Assembly (NCBI GenBank): GCA_009103225.1
Contig: RHPI01002533.1
Coordinates: 1,109,842 to 1,173,841 of the forward strand
DNA: 64,000 bases
Source: Chlorokybus atmophyticus
Lineage: Eukaryota > Plantae > Mesostigma and Chlorokybus algae
Reading direction: 5' to 3'
Shown: one piece after another, positions 1 to 12,988 of the stretch
How the letters are laid out: each line of letters begins with the position of its first letter
Position numbering within the stretch: the first letter of the stretch is position 1
Position numbers and translations under genes: made by a program
Notes under the pieces: model-generated
Seen by the model: only the letters and a program-made list of their open reading frames with translations
Database searches by the model: none
What the model was told of the DNA's origin: nothing

Positions 1-3000
1 GTGGAGGACATTCCTGTGGTTGCCAATGCCACCTCCAGGGACCATGCCATTGGCCCGTTGGCCACAGAAGACACTCGAAAGAAGCTGGGGGCTCTCCTCA
101 AAAAATGGAGGAGCCAATTCAGCTTCAATGTGAAGGAATTGGGTACATGCTCAGTGTACCAGATGGACATCGAGCTGGTGGACACTGAGCCGATGTTCCG
201 ACGGCAATACAGGCTCTCCAAGTTGGAAGAAGACTTGGTGGAACAGAGATGTAAGGCGCTGCTTGATGATGCAGACCTTATCGAAGAGTCCACATCGGAC
301 TTCGCAGCAGCAACCGTCATCCCAGAAGGATTCTGAAGAAGGATTCAGCAGGCAACTGGACAGAGGGACGCATGTGTGGCGACAATCGCCCCCTCAACAA
401 CAAGACCAAGCAAGACCGGTACCCCATGCCCACAGCAGAGGGTATTTTTGATGATGTGGGAGACTGCACAGTCTTCAACATCCTGGACATGCGTCAGGGG
501 TACAACCAAATCGCCATCAAGGACGAGGACAAGCACAAGACCTCCTTCTTGGGCAACCGACAGTTGTACCAATGGAAGGTAATGCCGTTCGGGCTGAAGA
601 ATGCCCTCGCCAAGTTTCAACGCGTCATGGACAAAGCCTTGAAGGGGCTGGACTGCGCGCGGTGCTACATCGATGACATCCTCATCTTCAGCCGCAGCAA
701 CGAGGAGCATCTTCAGCACATCGAAGCAGTGCTTGAACGACTCAATGGAGTGGGGATGACCGTACACCCCGACAAGTGTACCTTCTTCACCCACAAGGTG
801 CCGTACTTAGGGCACATGATTGTGCCCAATGGTGTGTATGTGCAGCAGGCAAAAGTAGAGGCTCTGGCAGCTATCCCTGCCCGACAGACCTCACACGTCT
901 GCGCGCTTTTTTGGGACTTGCCAACTACTATCGCCGGTTTGTGAAGGACTTCGCGAAGATCGCAAGGCCCCCCAACGAGCTACTGAAGAAGGAGGTGGAG
1001 TTCGCGTGGAATGAGCCGCAACAGCAGGCCTTCGAGGAGCTGAAGAGCAGGCTCACTAGCGCTCCCATCCTTCAATGTCCGGACTACGCCAAGCCTTTCA
1101 TCCTTCACACCGACTGGAGCAAGCTGGGGATGGGAGCGGTGCTGGTGCAGCACGATGAGAACAAGAAGGAGCGGGGGGTGTCATACGCAAGCCCAAGCAA
1201 CAACAGCGCCGAGGCCAACTACAGCAGCTACGAAAGGGAGTGCCTCGCTGCAGTGTGGGCCATCTCTTTCTTCCGACCTTTCCTCTTTGGTCGACAGTTC
1301 CAACCGATCACCGATCATTAGCCCCTCAAGTGGCTGATGACCAACCAACATCTGACAGGGAAACTTGCTCGATGGGCCCTGTTGTTGCAGGAATACGACT
1401 TCGAGATCGACCACCGCGCTGGCCTCACCAACCAAGACGCCGATGACCTCAGTCGCAACCCTCACCTCAGCACCAACGACGCAACTGGAGCTCGGCATGA
1501 GCTCGTCCCTGCAGCAACAGCCCCCACCATGGCAGCGATGTTTGCTGCTGCCGCGTTGCGCTCAGGGCGCAAGACCAACACCACGGCCTCAGCAGTGGTA
1601 GAGGAGATTCCTGCCCTTGAGTCTACCGACCCTGCGGCAACCACACCCTTGGGAGACGCCCACGCAGCCGATATTGACGTCGATGACACAGAGCTGGCGC
1701 CCACTGACACCAGGCAGGACATATGGTAGGAAAAGCCATCACTCTCCTTTCTTCAAAGTGGCCAGCTTCCCTCCGGCATGAGCGCTCGAGAGAAGGACCG
1801 GGTCAACCAACGCACCCGTCACTATCGATGGGCAGGTGACAAGCTGTATCGCCGCTTCCACGACGAAGACAAGGAAGTGCCGACACCAGTCACGCGCGAG
1901 GGCATCATCACTTCCCTCCACACTGAGCTTGGACACTTCGGTGTCAAGCGTACAGTCAGCCTAGTGAGGGCACAATATTGGTGGTATGGATCAACAAACA
2001 GGTGCAAAGGTTCGTCAGCCACTGCCAGCAGTGTGACATGGTGCGCGCCAGCCTCAACACGCGTAGCGCCACCTTGCACCCACTCCCCATCTCCAGTCTC
2101 TTTACCGATGGGGACTCGACATCTTGGGGGACTTGGCACCCTCAGCACGTGGCAACCGTTACATCCTGGTCATGATCGAGCACTTCTCCAAATGGGTGGA
2201 GCTGGTGCCATTACCCGACAAGAGCAGCAGGGGGGTGTCTCAAGCCTTCCCCTAATGTCTTCAGCCGATATGGCAGCTGCGCCGAGGTCATCACTGACTA
2301 AGGTGCTGAGTTCAGAGGGGAATTCGACACCCTCTTGGACAAATGTTACATCGACCACCGCCGTACCTCGCGTGATCACCCTCAAGCCGACGGCCTCGCC
2401 GAGCGTACAGTACAGACCATCAAGAAGGCACTCCGCAAATACGTGCTGGAGTACGAGAAGAACACTTGGGATGACCACCTCCCGTGGGTGGCCCTTGGAT
2501 ATCGATTGTCAAAGCAGGCGGCTCTGCGGGAGTACAGCCCGTACTACCTGCTGTCGGGCGACCACCATTGCTCCCCTTCCGGGCGCAGCAGGAGGTGGAT
2601 CGCGTCGTGAACAACCTCGACGACCCTGACTGGATGCACTACGACATCACCACGCGCGCCGCGCTTTTCGAGCGCACTGTCCCCATGGCCTTCAACAACC
2701 TGCGCATCGCGCAGTATCGCGACACGCTGCGCTACGAGCGCGTACGCAGCGGCTTCTACAAGGAGCGCCAACGGCGGTTCCAAGCGGGGGACTTTGCCTA
2801 CCGCATGATAGCCACCAAAGACACGCTTGACATCTCCGTAGGCCGCACCGTCTACAAGGTACTCAAAGTGCACCCCACAGGGATGCTGGACCTCCTTGGT
2901 CAAAACGGAGAGGGGTTGAAGGACAACATGGTGAACTGTGCGCCATGTCACCTTCCTTACGAGCCGGCTTCGGGCGTATCCAGCACCCTCGTCCCGCGCG

Positions 3001-3181
3001 CGCGCGCAGCACACGCTGTGAACGCTGCGGCAGCGCCGGCGACGACGCACTCATGATGCTCTGCGATGGCTGCAACAAAGGCCTGCATTGCTACTGCCTG
3101 GAGCCATCTTTGGACACGATACCTATGGAGGAATATTGGTGCGACGATTGCCGTACCAACGGCCCTCCTCACTTGCGCTAG
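1..3181 (+). mobile_element. Ty3/Gypsy LTR-retrotransposon pol, decayed and 5'-truncated by the window edge: RT - RNase H - integrase - C-terminal PHD finger
   Basis: RT motifs YPMP, LDMRQGYNQI, MPFGLKNA and YIDD (372-944). RNase H motifs LHTDWSKLGMGAVL and F..ITDH. Integrase HHCC zinc finger (H-x4-HFG...C-x2-C) and DDE core (VITD.GAEF, HPQADGLAERT). PHD finger C-x2-C...C-x2-C-x4-H-x2-C...W-C-x2-C at ~3016-3153. Domain order RT-RH-IN is Gypsy-type. Several frameshifts (e.g. duplicated AGAAGGATTC at ~325-350) and TAG stops at 1319 and 1727. Confidence 0.95.
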
Positions 3182-3218
3182 CAGCTGAGCTCTGGAGCTG
3201 GAACCTCCCCCAGAGCCC

Positions 3219-4297
3219 AGGGGGGGTGGCTTGTTGACTTTGTGTGCTACAGCACAGCATGTACACTAGGGAGAACACCGACTCCACCTGCCCGTACTAC
3301 CCAGCAGCAGCACACCAGCTGCACGAAGCACTTGTCACCATGAGGGTTAAGGTCATCTTTCTGTTTTTGCTGCGCGTTATACAGGTGGCACGGCAGCACA
3401 GCATGGCTGTCCATGCAGCTGTCCGAGACAGCGTGACCCTCGACTCCCCTCGACCCGACAGCTGTCAGGCCTATCGCCCAAGCATGCCAGTCGTCATCGG
3501 GCATGCCTACAGCGAGACCCTCGCCCGGCTTACCAGCATGGCAACCCGCGCGCGTCTCTGACCAGTAGCTAGGTCATGTCTCTAGAGTAGCTCATGACCA
3601 TAGCCTACATAGGCACCGCGCGTAGCTGTTCAGTTGTGAGTTCAGTTATAAGTCGGGTTTTATATCGAGTGGGGATTTCCTGTGGAAATAGCCTCGACAT
3701 GACCGTTAGCTTATGTTCTGAACAGTCATGAGTTGACTTGTATAAGTAAGCACAGTGTTCACCGGATCAGCTGGTGACACTGTAAGAGAGAAAGCTAAGA
3801 GCTTGTGAAGCGACTTGAACTACGAAACACACCGTCCCGGTTCCCAAGAATCCCCTCACCGTGTGAGAGCCTGTGCATGTTCTTGTGCACTGTGCTCGTC
3901 CTTGCTGTGAGCTTTGTGTACTTGGTCGCGGTGTGCTTGTTAGCATCAGTCAGGGCATAGCATCCAGGTGTTGCTTGCTCATTCACCTCACTTAACAGTG
4001 TATTTTCTCTTCCACTCATGCAAAGAACTGTGTAAACAGCACTACCTATAGTAGTGGCTTGTTGACTTTGTGTGCTACAGCACAGCATGTACACTAGGGA
4101 GAACACCGACTCCACCTGCCCGTACTACCCAGCAGCAGCACACCAGCTGCACGAAGCACTTGTCACCATGAGGGTTGAGGTCATCTTTCTGTTTTTGCTG
4201 CGCGTTACACAGGTGGCACGGCAGCATGTCCAGCACAGCATGCCTGTGCATGCATCTGTCCGAGACAGCGTGACCCTCGACTCCCCTCGACCCGACA
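3219..4297 (+). repeat. Polypurine tract (3219-3226) and putative 3' LTR (3227-4297, TG...CA) containing a ~240 bp terminal direct repeat
   Basis: AGGGGGGG lies just after the pol stop and is followed by TGGCTTGTTGAC. Segment 3227-3460 recurs at 4055-4297 with a few substitutions and a 9-nt insertion. The unit ends in CCCGACA. A homologous inverted copy lies at 52029-52778. Confidence 0.7.
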
Positions 4298-5505
4298 ACT
4301 GATACCCTAGCTTGCAAAACTTGCATATTCATTGCGACAATTAAATGCATGTGTCAGTGCATCCGTGCAAGTGCATTTTCATGCTCACACTTGTAAAGCA
4401 TACAAATGCTAAACCATGCTGATTGAATACACAAGCAGTAGCACGCATCATACACAAACACACCAGCTTACTAAGGACAAAGCAAGCAAATCAACGGGGC
4501 TCAGAGCAGCGCCTTGTGCGATGCACGCAACAACCAAATTTGTTATAAGGATTTGTACGGTATGCAAATAGTTTTTAAGGCTACTAGTTAGGTAGTGCAT
4601 TGTAAGCACGTGTGTGTGAGGTTGTGTGCATCTTGTTCGTCGAGGCCGGGGCCAACTCGTATGTGCGATTAATTGCTGATGTTGTAACGATGCTTTACAT
4701 TGCTCATGCAAAACGCTTAATTAAAAATGACCACTAACGACTGACTGCCCCTCGAGTACTAACATGCCGACACGCTCAAACCTTAATCCTGATACACAAG
4801 ACTCCAAGGATTGCACATAGACGTTGCCCCTGCTGGTTATGTTTCACATGTGGCGCTGCTTGGCTGGTGAGGCGCTATACTTTTACGTTTCATTGCAAGT
4901 AGCGCACGTGTTGCTGAGGGGCCCCGCACACTGCAGTTGTTTGTTTTGCTATTCGCTACCACCAACTTCAAGGGGCATGGACAAGTTGTCAATGCTTCCC
5001 CGTTCTAGCCCTAATCTAGCCTCCACCCCGCTCTCATCGCATTGACTGCTGAAAGCACAGTTCCTTTTACGCTATTGTTATGTGTTATAATTTGCATCAG
5101 TCAGTTGCCATGGTTCTTTGCCTATGCATGTGATGGTTTCCTTGCATCTCATGCCAAAGCAACATGTTTGATGCAGTCTGTGTCATAAAGACATATCACG
5201 CATAATTCAATTGCATGTTTGTTTTGTTGTTGTTGTTGTTCCGTATTGATTTTCACAGAGAAAGAGGGGGGGGGGGGGGGGGGGGGGNGCGCACGTGCAC
5301 AACACATGAATTTATCGATTTTCTTGATTAATGCAAGTAAACACATCAGTCTGAGGCAGTGTGTGGTGTCATGGTTAAATGAACACATAGTTTAAAATCT
5401 TGTGTAGATCGGCTATGTAACAGGTGCATGGAGCAATGGACACAATTAGCGAGTAAAAGGTTAATTGTCAGGGAATGTGTGACATTGCAAATGTGTGACA
5501 ACTTA

Positions 5506-5681
5506 CCGTATTTACTCTTATAGAAGCCCCCCTCCAATAAAGCCCCCCTTAGCAAAAACGGGTGGGTGGACTTTTCAAAAAGTGCCCATTTACCGGCGTT
5601 TCTTGCCCGTGATAGAGCCCCCCTCAGCAAAAGGGGGGGGGGGGGGGNAATAAAGGGGGGGCTCTATCAGAGCAAATACGG
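5506..5681. mobile_element. MITE of Tc1/mariner (Tc2/pogo-like) type
   Basis: Imperfect ~28 bp TIRs CCGTATTTACTCTTATAGAAGCCCCCCT / AGGGGGGGCTCTATCAGAGCAAATACGG, flanked by TA at 5504-5505 and 5682-5683. An N in a poly-G at 5648 makes the internal length uncertain. Confidence 0.75.
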
Positions 5682-6177
5682 TATCACACGTAAGTGTGAT
5701 ACAGTGTAACTTATCACTGATAGCGAGTGACAGAATATGACCGCTCTAAAAGCCGGACACTAATACAAAATGTCTGCATTCCAACGCACAACCGTTGCAA
5801 GCGTCGGCGATGCGTAGCCTCAAAGCTGCCGGCTTGTCCGGCCAGCCCAGCTGGTGCGCCCACGATACCCTCTCGCGGGCCGTCGATCGCCCCTCCACCT
5901 CGTATGCTTATCTGGAACCGTGCGATACGCACTTCCGGAACCATCAGGTCCTGTTGCGGCCAACAGTGAACTTATTAAAGCACTCGGGACTGGCATGCTT
6001 GCGGCGTGTTGCCTGGTCCTAGGACAAGACCAACGGATGACGGACTTTTGGGTCCGGGCTAGGGTTTAGGGCTTGCTTTGGTGTGGTGGCGAAGAAGTGG
6101 CGTTGGGTAGGCGGCGGCGGTGTCGCTGGCGGCGTGGGTGCCGCAGGGTTTGAGTGAACTGATAAGGCTGCTGGGCG

Positions 6178-9100
6178 ATGGCTGGCTTGTCGCTCTCTGC
6201 AGCGCGGTTTACCGCCGCGGTGTCGTCATCAACGACCACAGCCAGCGCAGCTCAGCCCAGGCAACGGCAGCCATTGCGCAGGTGTGTGCTTGTTGCACTT
6301 TGCTTAAGCAGGGATGATCTGTAAGGCATTGCTATTGAGAATAATGTTGCCAATAGCTGCATCTTAGCACCGTTCAGTTCAGGCATTGAGTTGTTCTGTT
6401 GCGTGTTTCAGTGCAACTGCGCCTGCACGCTCGGATTTCCTCAGCGGCGAGTCGCTACGCAGCAAGTCCAGCGGAGTGGTTTGGGAGGCCAGACACAGCT
6501 TGCCTCGCAGGCGGAACCTTGGCGGACGGCTGGTTGTGCGTGCAGATCGGGTATGCATGCAGCATGTAGGAGCATTTACGACACAGGCAGTCGGTGTCAC
6601 TTGCAGCCGTGTGTACCTTCGACATGTTTGTGCGTAGAGCTTCACCGGCAGCGTTGCAGATGAATGCTTACAGCTAGAATTCTTGTGCATGCTAAAAGCA
6701 CGATCTCTATTGCCAAGAACAGCTTGAGCCAGCATTTGATTAGCAGACTTCCAGCATTAGCAGCTCATGTGGATCTTTGCAGGATTATTATGAGGTATTG
6801 GGTGTGGCTAAGGGTGCAGACAAGGATGAGATAAAGAAAGGTATACAATGCTGGACGTTTGCAGGGCACCAATGCATTGTGAAGCGTGCGCTCACAAAGC
6901 TCTTCTTTGCCTGCAGCCTACCGGCGACTCGCGCGCAAATACCACCCAGATGTGAATAAGTAAGTTTTGGTCGAGCTGTGGTTTGCATGCAGACAGCATG
7001 GCAGATATTCTGTTGCGATAATGGCTAGTGTTGTGAACTCATGCGATATGCATACAGGGAGCCAGATGCAGAAAACAAGTTCAAGGAAATCAGCAACGCT
7101 TACGAGGTAAGTTGTGAGAGGGAGAAAGAGTAACTTATTATTGCTGTGAGTGCTGAAGGGTGAGGCCAATCGTAGATGATGTGCCTCAGGTTCTTTCAGA
7201 TGACCAAAAACGAGGCTTGTACGACCGGTATGGTGAAGCTGGGGTCAAGCAAGGCGCTGGCATGGGATCTGGGATGGGGGGCATGGGTGGAATGGTAAGC
7301 CTCGATCTTGCATGATGACACTCAGTACTGCATGTCGATATTGTCTTGGTATCAGGCTTGTTGCACGATTTCGTTTCAAAACCGTCCTTGTGCCATGGAC
7401 GTATAAGAGATTGATGACAATCAGTGAATGTGTCACTAGCGTTGTCAGGTCTAGCGCATATCCGACTGCTGTACTCACGGCTCGAAACTATATGTGCGTC
7501 ATGTACGGGTGCGTTGGTTTCTGTGTGTGGTTGCGTGAGGCAGTTGAGCTTGCACAACAACAACATTAAGAGTGTGCATATCGTGTTGAGGCACTATCCT
7601 CCCTATCCGAAAGGCATGTAGGAAAGATTGGGGTGGAAACTTTTGCCGCTTCAAGTGGGCCGGGAGGGGGGGAGGGGTGTGTGTGTGGGGGTCGTATGTC
7701 AAGACTGGCTGTCATGAGATCCACAGCTTTGTGCATGGGAGGCAGTCTTGTGCGACGTTCCTCACCAATTATGCAGTTGCATGCTGGGGTCAACAGTTGT
7801 TCCGCAGTGCATGCAACTGACAGCCATTGCTGTGAGTTGCATGTGCTTATACGTAGTCAGCTCACACCCAGCTGTGAGTTGCATGTGCTCACTTCATGGG
7901 GGGCTTTAGTTGGTGTGGGGCAAGGTTACGTACATTTCCTGCAGTGGCATCCAGTTTGTGTAGGGCTTGAAATCTTTTGTGCATGCTTGAGCCAAGCTCT
8001 TGCAGACTGGCAGGGTTCAGAAAACCAACCCGATGATCTATTTGATTCGGTGTTTGGACACAACAGGGCTCAGGTCTTGCATGTGCTCTTTTTAAGTTGC
8101 CGTGGTTGGCTAGTTCAGCAATCTGCTGCTGTGGGTAGCATTTCCAGTACACCTGTGCGCAGAGTACACCTGTGCACTCTCTGTGCTTGTGCACAGGTGT
8201 AGTCTTCGCAGCAGTGTTTCGAAGGTGCTATCATGGACTGTGACTGTATGACGCATGGCATTGCGCATTTTCATTCTATCACACATATCTGAGGGTATAT
8301 GGTATTCTTGGCTGCTCCATCATGGCTGCAGTGGCTCTTGCATAGATATTAATCTGGTTGTGGTTATGCAGGGTTTTGAGAATCCTTTTGACCTGTTTGA
8401 GACCTTCTTCGGAGGTGCAGGTGTGTGGTGAACCATAACTGGTCCTTACATAGCAGGAGCGCTGTGATGCTAGCTACCGGTAGTTGTTGAGTTATCAGAG
8501 TGGCTGGTAAACGGTGACACAGCTGCTCACACGCTGTTGGTGCTGTACAGGCATGGGGGGTGCAGCGCGACAAGCTGCAAGAAACCGACCTGTGCAGGGT
8601 GACGATGAAAGGTACATGCATTGCAACTCTGGTCGTGCAGCATCCGCGCCAGTTCAAGTATCTGACAGTGCACTTTGCTTCCCCCAGATATGACCTTCAG
8701 CTGGACTTCAAGGAGGCAGTGTTCGGTTGTGTCAAGGACATTGAGAACTACAGATTGGAAACGTGCAGCACATGCACAGGTATGTTCAGCAACTAGGTCG
8801 TCAATGTTACGCAACATAAGTGTGCTTGGGCGATGACATGGTGTGCTACTGTTCCACACAAGCCTGCGCATGTCACCTTGCTGTGTCAGTGCTGATTGTC
8901 CAAACACATTGTGCCACTAGGTAGCGGTGTGAAGGCTGGAACTCAACCAACCACATGCAGCACATGCGGAGGCGCAGGGCAGGTACACAAGCAGTTCAGT
9001 CATGGCATGCATGCATCAACGAGCCGGGTATTGTGCTTATGTTGGTTCATGTGTCCCACAGGTTATCTCCACAGCAAGGACGCCCCTTGGTAACTTTCAG

Positions 9101-9976
9101 CAAGTGGCCATCTGTCAAAGTTGTGGAGGAAGTGGTCAGAACTCGGTGCCGTGCCAGTCTTGCAATGGAGACGGGCGCATCAGGAAAAAGAAGAGCATAA
9201 CGTTGCGCGTACCACCTGGTGTTGACAATGGTAGTCGACTGCGTGTGCCCAAGGAAGGAAATGCTGGTCGGCGCGGCGGGTAAGTACAATCTTTCCTCAT
9301 GCGGGTTTGTAACCACTTCTTGCTTGATCAAGTTAACTATGACATAAGAGCGGCATGAAAGTTGTAAAAAGTCAGGACCTGTGCATGTCCATATGGCTCC
9401 TCGTGCATGCACACAAGCATAGGCGCACACAACAACATGCAAGCATACGCGTGCTTTAAAGTTGTAAGCTCCTATTGCTCCTGGCTGACCCATAGTGGTT
9501 TTGTGTAGGCCGCCTGGAGATCTGTATGTGTTCATATCCGTCCGGCCCGATCCTGAGCTCAAACGCGACGGCATGAACATTTACTCGACTGCCACAATTG
9601 GGTACACGGACGCGATCCTCGGCACAACTTGCAAGGTCAACACCGTTGATGGGCCGGTTGACTTGAAGATTCCTGCTGGCACGCAGCCTGGCACCACACT
9701 GGTCATGGCCAAGAAGGGAGTATTCCGCCTGCGAAGTGCAAGGTGAGTGTGTGGCTTGCTTTTGCTGTGTGGCAAAATGTGCCTATGCATGGTTTTAGTA
9801 ATGGTTCTTGTTGCCGCTTTAACTGATCTAGTACATCGCCTTGCAGTGAGCGAGGCGACCACCTGGTGACTGTTAAGGTTTCCATTCCCACCAAGCTCAA
9901 CAGCGAAGAACGCAAGCTTGTTGAAAAGTTGTCTGAGTTGGCAACAGAGAAGCCCAAGTCAAGAGGCTTGTGGTGA
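6178..9976 (+). CDS. dnaJ: Plastid-targeted type I (A-type) DnaJ/Hsp40 co-chaperone, multi-exon
   Basis: Ser/Ala-rich transit peptide from ATG 6178. J-domain exons [19 protein letters not shown] / [15 protein letters not shown] / [16 protein letters not shown] / VLSD. G/F-rich region, CxxCxGxG zinc repeats, C-terminal domain ([16 protein letters not shown]), TGA at 9974. GT-AG introns. Confidence 0.95.
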
Positions 9977-12900
9977 TGTCGGTCAGCGCTGGTAGAGAAT
10001 CTCATCCATTTTTTGGGGGGGCTAGGGTAGTGGCTAGGCTGCTGTGTGCGGGTTGTTGGCAGCGCATGAGTTGAGTGTGTCACGTCGGTCACACTGTGTA
10101 GGTGAGGTTGTTTATTAACGCTCGTGCATCACACCTGTTGAAGTTTCGACCAGCCTGTCTATTCTGCGTGGTCACTGCCCCAACATGCCGCATGTGGTAG
10201 GAAGCATGCTGCCCGCTCTCTTTGTGGTTGTTTGGTCGCTGTTGCTTGAGAGTCTGAGCTAGTTGTCTAGTCTTGTGTCTTGGTTAATTGTGCTCAGCCT
10301 CAGCCCTAACGTAACCTAATGCTGGTTGCACTGCTACCTGCTTGAGCATTAGCTACATGCAACTCTTGTATGGTATGCACATGCATTGTGATTGCATGCA
10401 AGCTTTCAATATATATTAAAAGCAAGCACGTGGTTCAACCATCCCTTTTATCAACAACACGGGGAGGACGAGATAAAAACCAAAGCAGGAGTCAGTCAAG
10501 GTGATGTAGTTGTTTGCATGATAACTTCATATCGCGGCAGCAAGCAACTGGCGGCGAGGGGGCTGGTCGAATGGTCGTGGTTCTGGTCAGTTTGAGTCGG
10601 GGCCTAACCTCTTCCTCTCCTTCCCATCTGTGCCTGCGCCATATTCTGCAGGTACAGCTACTGCGCCTGCTATCCTCAACTGGCTGGCGTGCACTTACTT
10701 AGCTAGCCAGCCCCCTTAGCACTAGGGTTTGTGTCTTAGTGTGAACTGTTGTTGTGGGTGATGATACGACATGCGCTGGCGTGCTTGCTTGTGACTGCTG
10801 ATGCTGAGGGACCCTCTCTTTTACCCTATGATAACCACACAATTGAGGTATAATGAAGCAATCTGGTGCAACACTGGCATAAGATGCAATAAAGGCTGAA
10901 CACCATGCCGTGCACATTATCTACCATCCTATCTCTTGCCCACACAACTCATGCTTCAACACACACAAGCACACCCACGCACCGAGCACAGCACTGCGCA
11001 TATCCCGTACGCACAGCATAGCTACAAAAACATAAACTCCTACCCATCTGTTATGCTTACAACAACCACACTCAAGGGCTAGCTAAGGGGCCTAGCTATG
11101 TGCAATGTAAGACGCAGCAACAGCAGGCCGGTGTGGGCGAGATGCAACAGCAGTTGCCTGCAGACACATGCGTCCTCAACCTGCACTGCTAAGCAAAGGA
11201 GAGGCAGCGCATACCTCGAGCAATATGTCGAGAACCTATATGTGCAATAGGTTGAATGGTGGGCAGTTTCGTTCAACATGATGCTGATTGTATGCATAAT
11301 ATCAGCACATGTGGTCGTGTGTATAATGTAAAGTTGAGTGTATGGTGTGTTGGTGTTGCGTTCTAGATGTTGTGCATGTGCATACGCAATGGCAATGGCA
11401 AAACTGGCAGTACAGTAACAGCTAGCAGCAACAGCAAGCGCTACACAATAACACACACACAAGCAACCAAGTCAACGGGCTAGGGAGTAGGTGCGTTACA
11501 AGTCAGTGTTAGTGCCAGAAGCAGACAAGCAAGATAGCAGTGCGCTGGGCCCCACAGCTGCACGCTCAAGGCAGGAGGGCAGCAGCAAGCAGCAGCTCCT
11601 CACCTGAGCAAGCAGCGCCACAGTTAGAAAGTTGCCGACAAGGGCAACTGTCCACTGTGGCCTCCCGCGTCTTCATAGGAAAAATAGGGTCCGTCCAGCA
11701 TCTGCGAGTTAGTGTGTACGACGAGAGAGGGCAGCATGCAGTACAAGTCAGTGATGTACATGTTTGACATAGGTGTGCACACCACACGGTGCATAGCAGC
11801 AGCATAGACAATGTGGGAGTTGCGGCAATCATACAGCAGGTGGTGTTTATAGAAACACCTATGTCAAGCATGAGGGCGTCGCAAGCTCCCCTCATGGGCG
11901 TGGATGCCATGGTACATGAAGCGTGCAGAGCGGCCATACCATAAAGCATTATGTATGAACATGCGAGCTTGTAGCAACCTAAGCAATTGGCGCTTGCTAT
12001 GGCCTTCTGAACGCATTCGTTTAATGCGTGACCCTATAGCTGTTGGGAAGGACTTGAAAGTGCATATGCCGTTCGTTCATTGTCTGTACACATTAGTGAG
12101 TCCATGTGACGAATCTGTTATGGATTGATGGCATATTGCATATAATTGCAATAAGAAGCAAATGCCATATTACTTTCGTCTGAATTTGAGGTACCCCATG
12201 CGGTCACTCTTGTTGACTCAATAATAGCATTGCGATCAAGCAAGCATCATCCACATTTCATACTTATATAAAATGTTGCTTGTAATGCACTGATGGCGGC
12301 TTTACACCACATTAATCAAAAAGTTAGATCTCACATTTCATATGCTGCAAGCAATTTGCTGACATCTGAGTTTAACAGACTTATAACTTTTACGATTATA
12401 TGTATTCCCACACGCCTCCACTCCCAGCAAAATGGTGTTGAGCCAAGCGATGCTATAATTATTCAATAACCTTATAACAGGGGGCTATGTAATGCGCAGC
12501 TTGCCGGACAAAATGTGATTGTACGATGCGCTTGAGAGTGAACATCGGTGTTGTGTTAAAGGTGCGCAACAGTTGGTGCACTCTGCATATGCACTGTTTG
12601 AATGAGCACGCACATGCATGCATATCAATTTACATGATATATTCAAACTCGATTGCACAATCATCAACCATACCACTCATGCACGATTAAGCACTTCACA
12701 GGAATTTCTATGCTGATTTTCTTTCATAAAGCCTTATGCCATGCAGAGCTTGGAGTGCCATAGGAGTTTTGCTCCTACACGGTGTAGGCTACACCCATAT
12801 GCTATACAGTGGATAACCTTGTTGGTCACCTTACCCTACCTGGTACATGTACCTGTGTGCAGTCATCACTGTACCAGACTGGAGCGCTACACAGGGTGCT

Positions 12901-12988
12901 GTGTTTGTTGTCCAGAGTACACGTGTCACCAACAGCAGCAACGACCGTTCTCAGGGCGTCTGTGCTGGGCAAACAGCTGAGCGCAACC

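Noticed and set aside
334-336. TGA in Gypsy pol initially taken as CpG deamination
   Set aside because: It results from a short tandem duplication (AGAAGGATTC) causing a frameshift.
3244-4302. Near-identical short ORFs at 3244 and 4072 (and 3795/52142)
   Set aside because: They are incidental translations of LTR repeats, not genes.
10600-12900. Intron-like signals and short ORFs between DnaJ and UCH suggesting an unannotated gene or lncRNA
   Set aside because: No coherent reading frame or motif; cannot be supported without transcript data.
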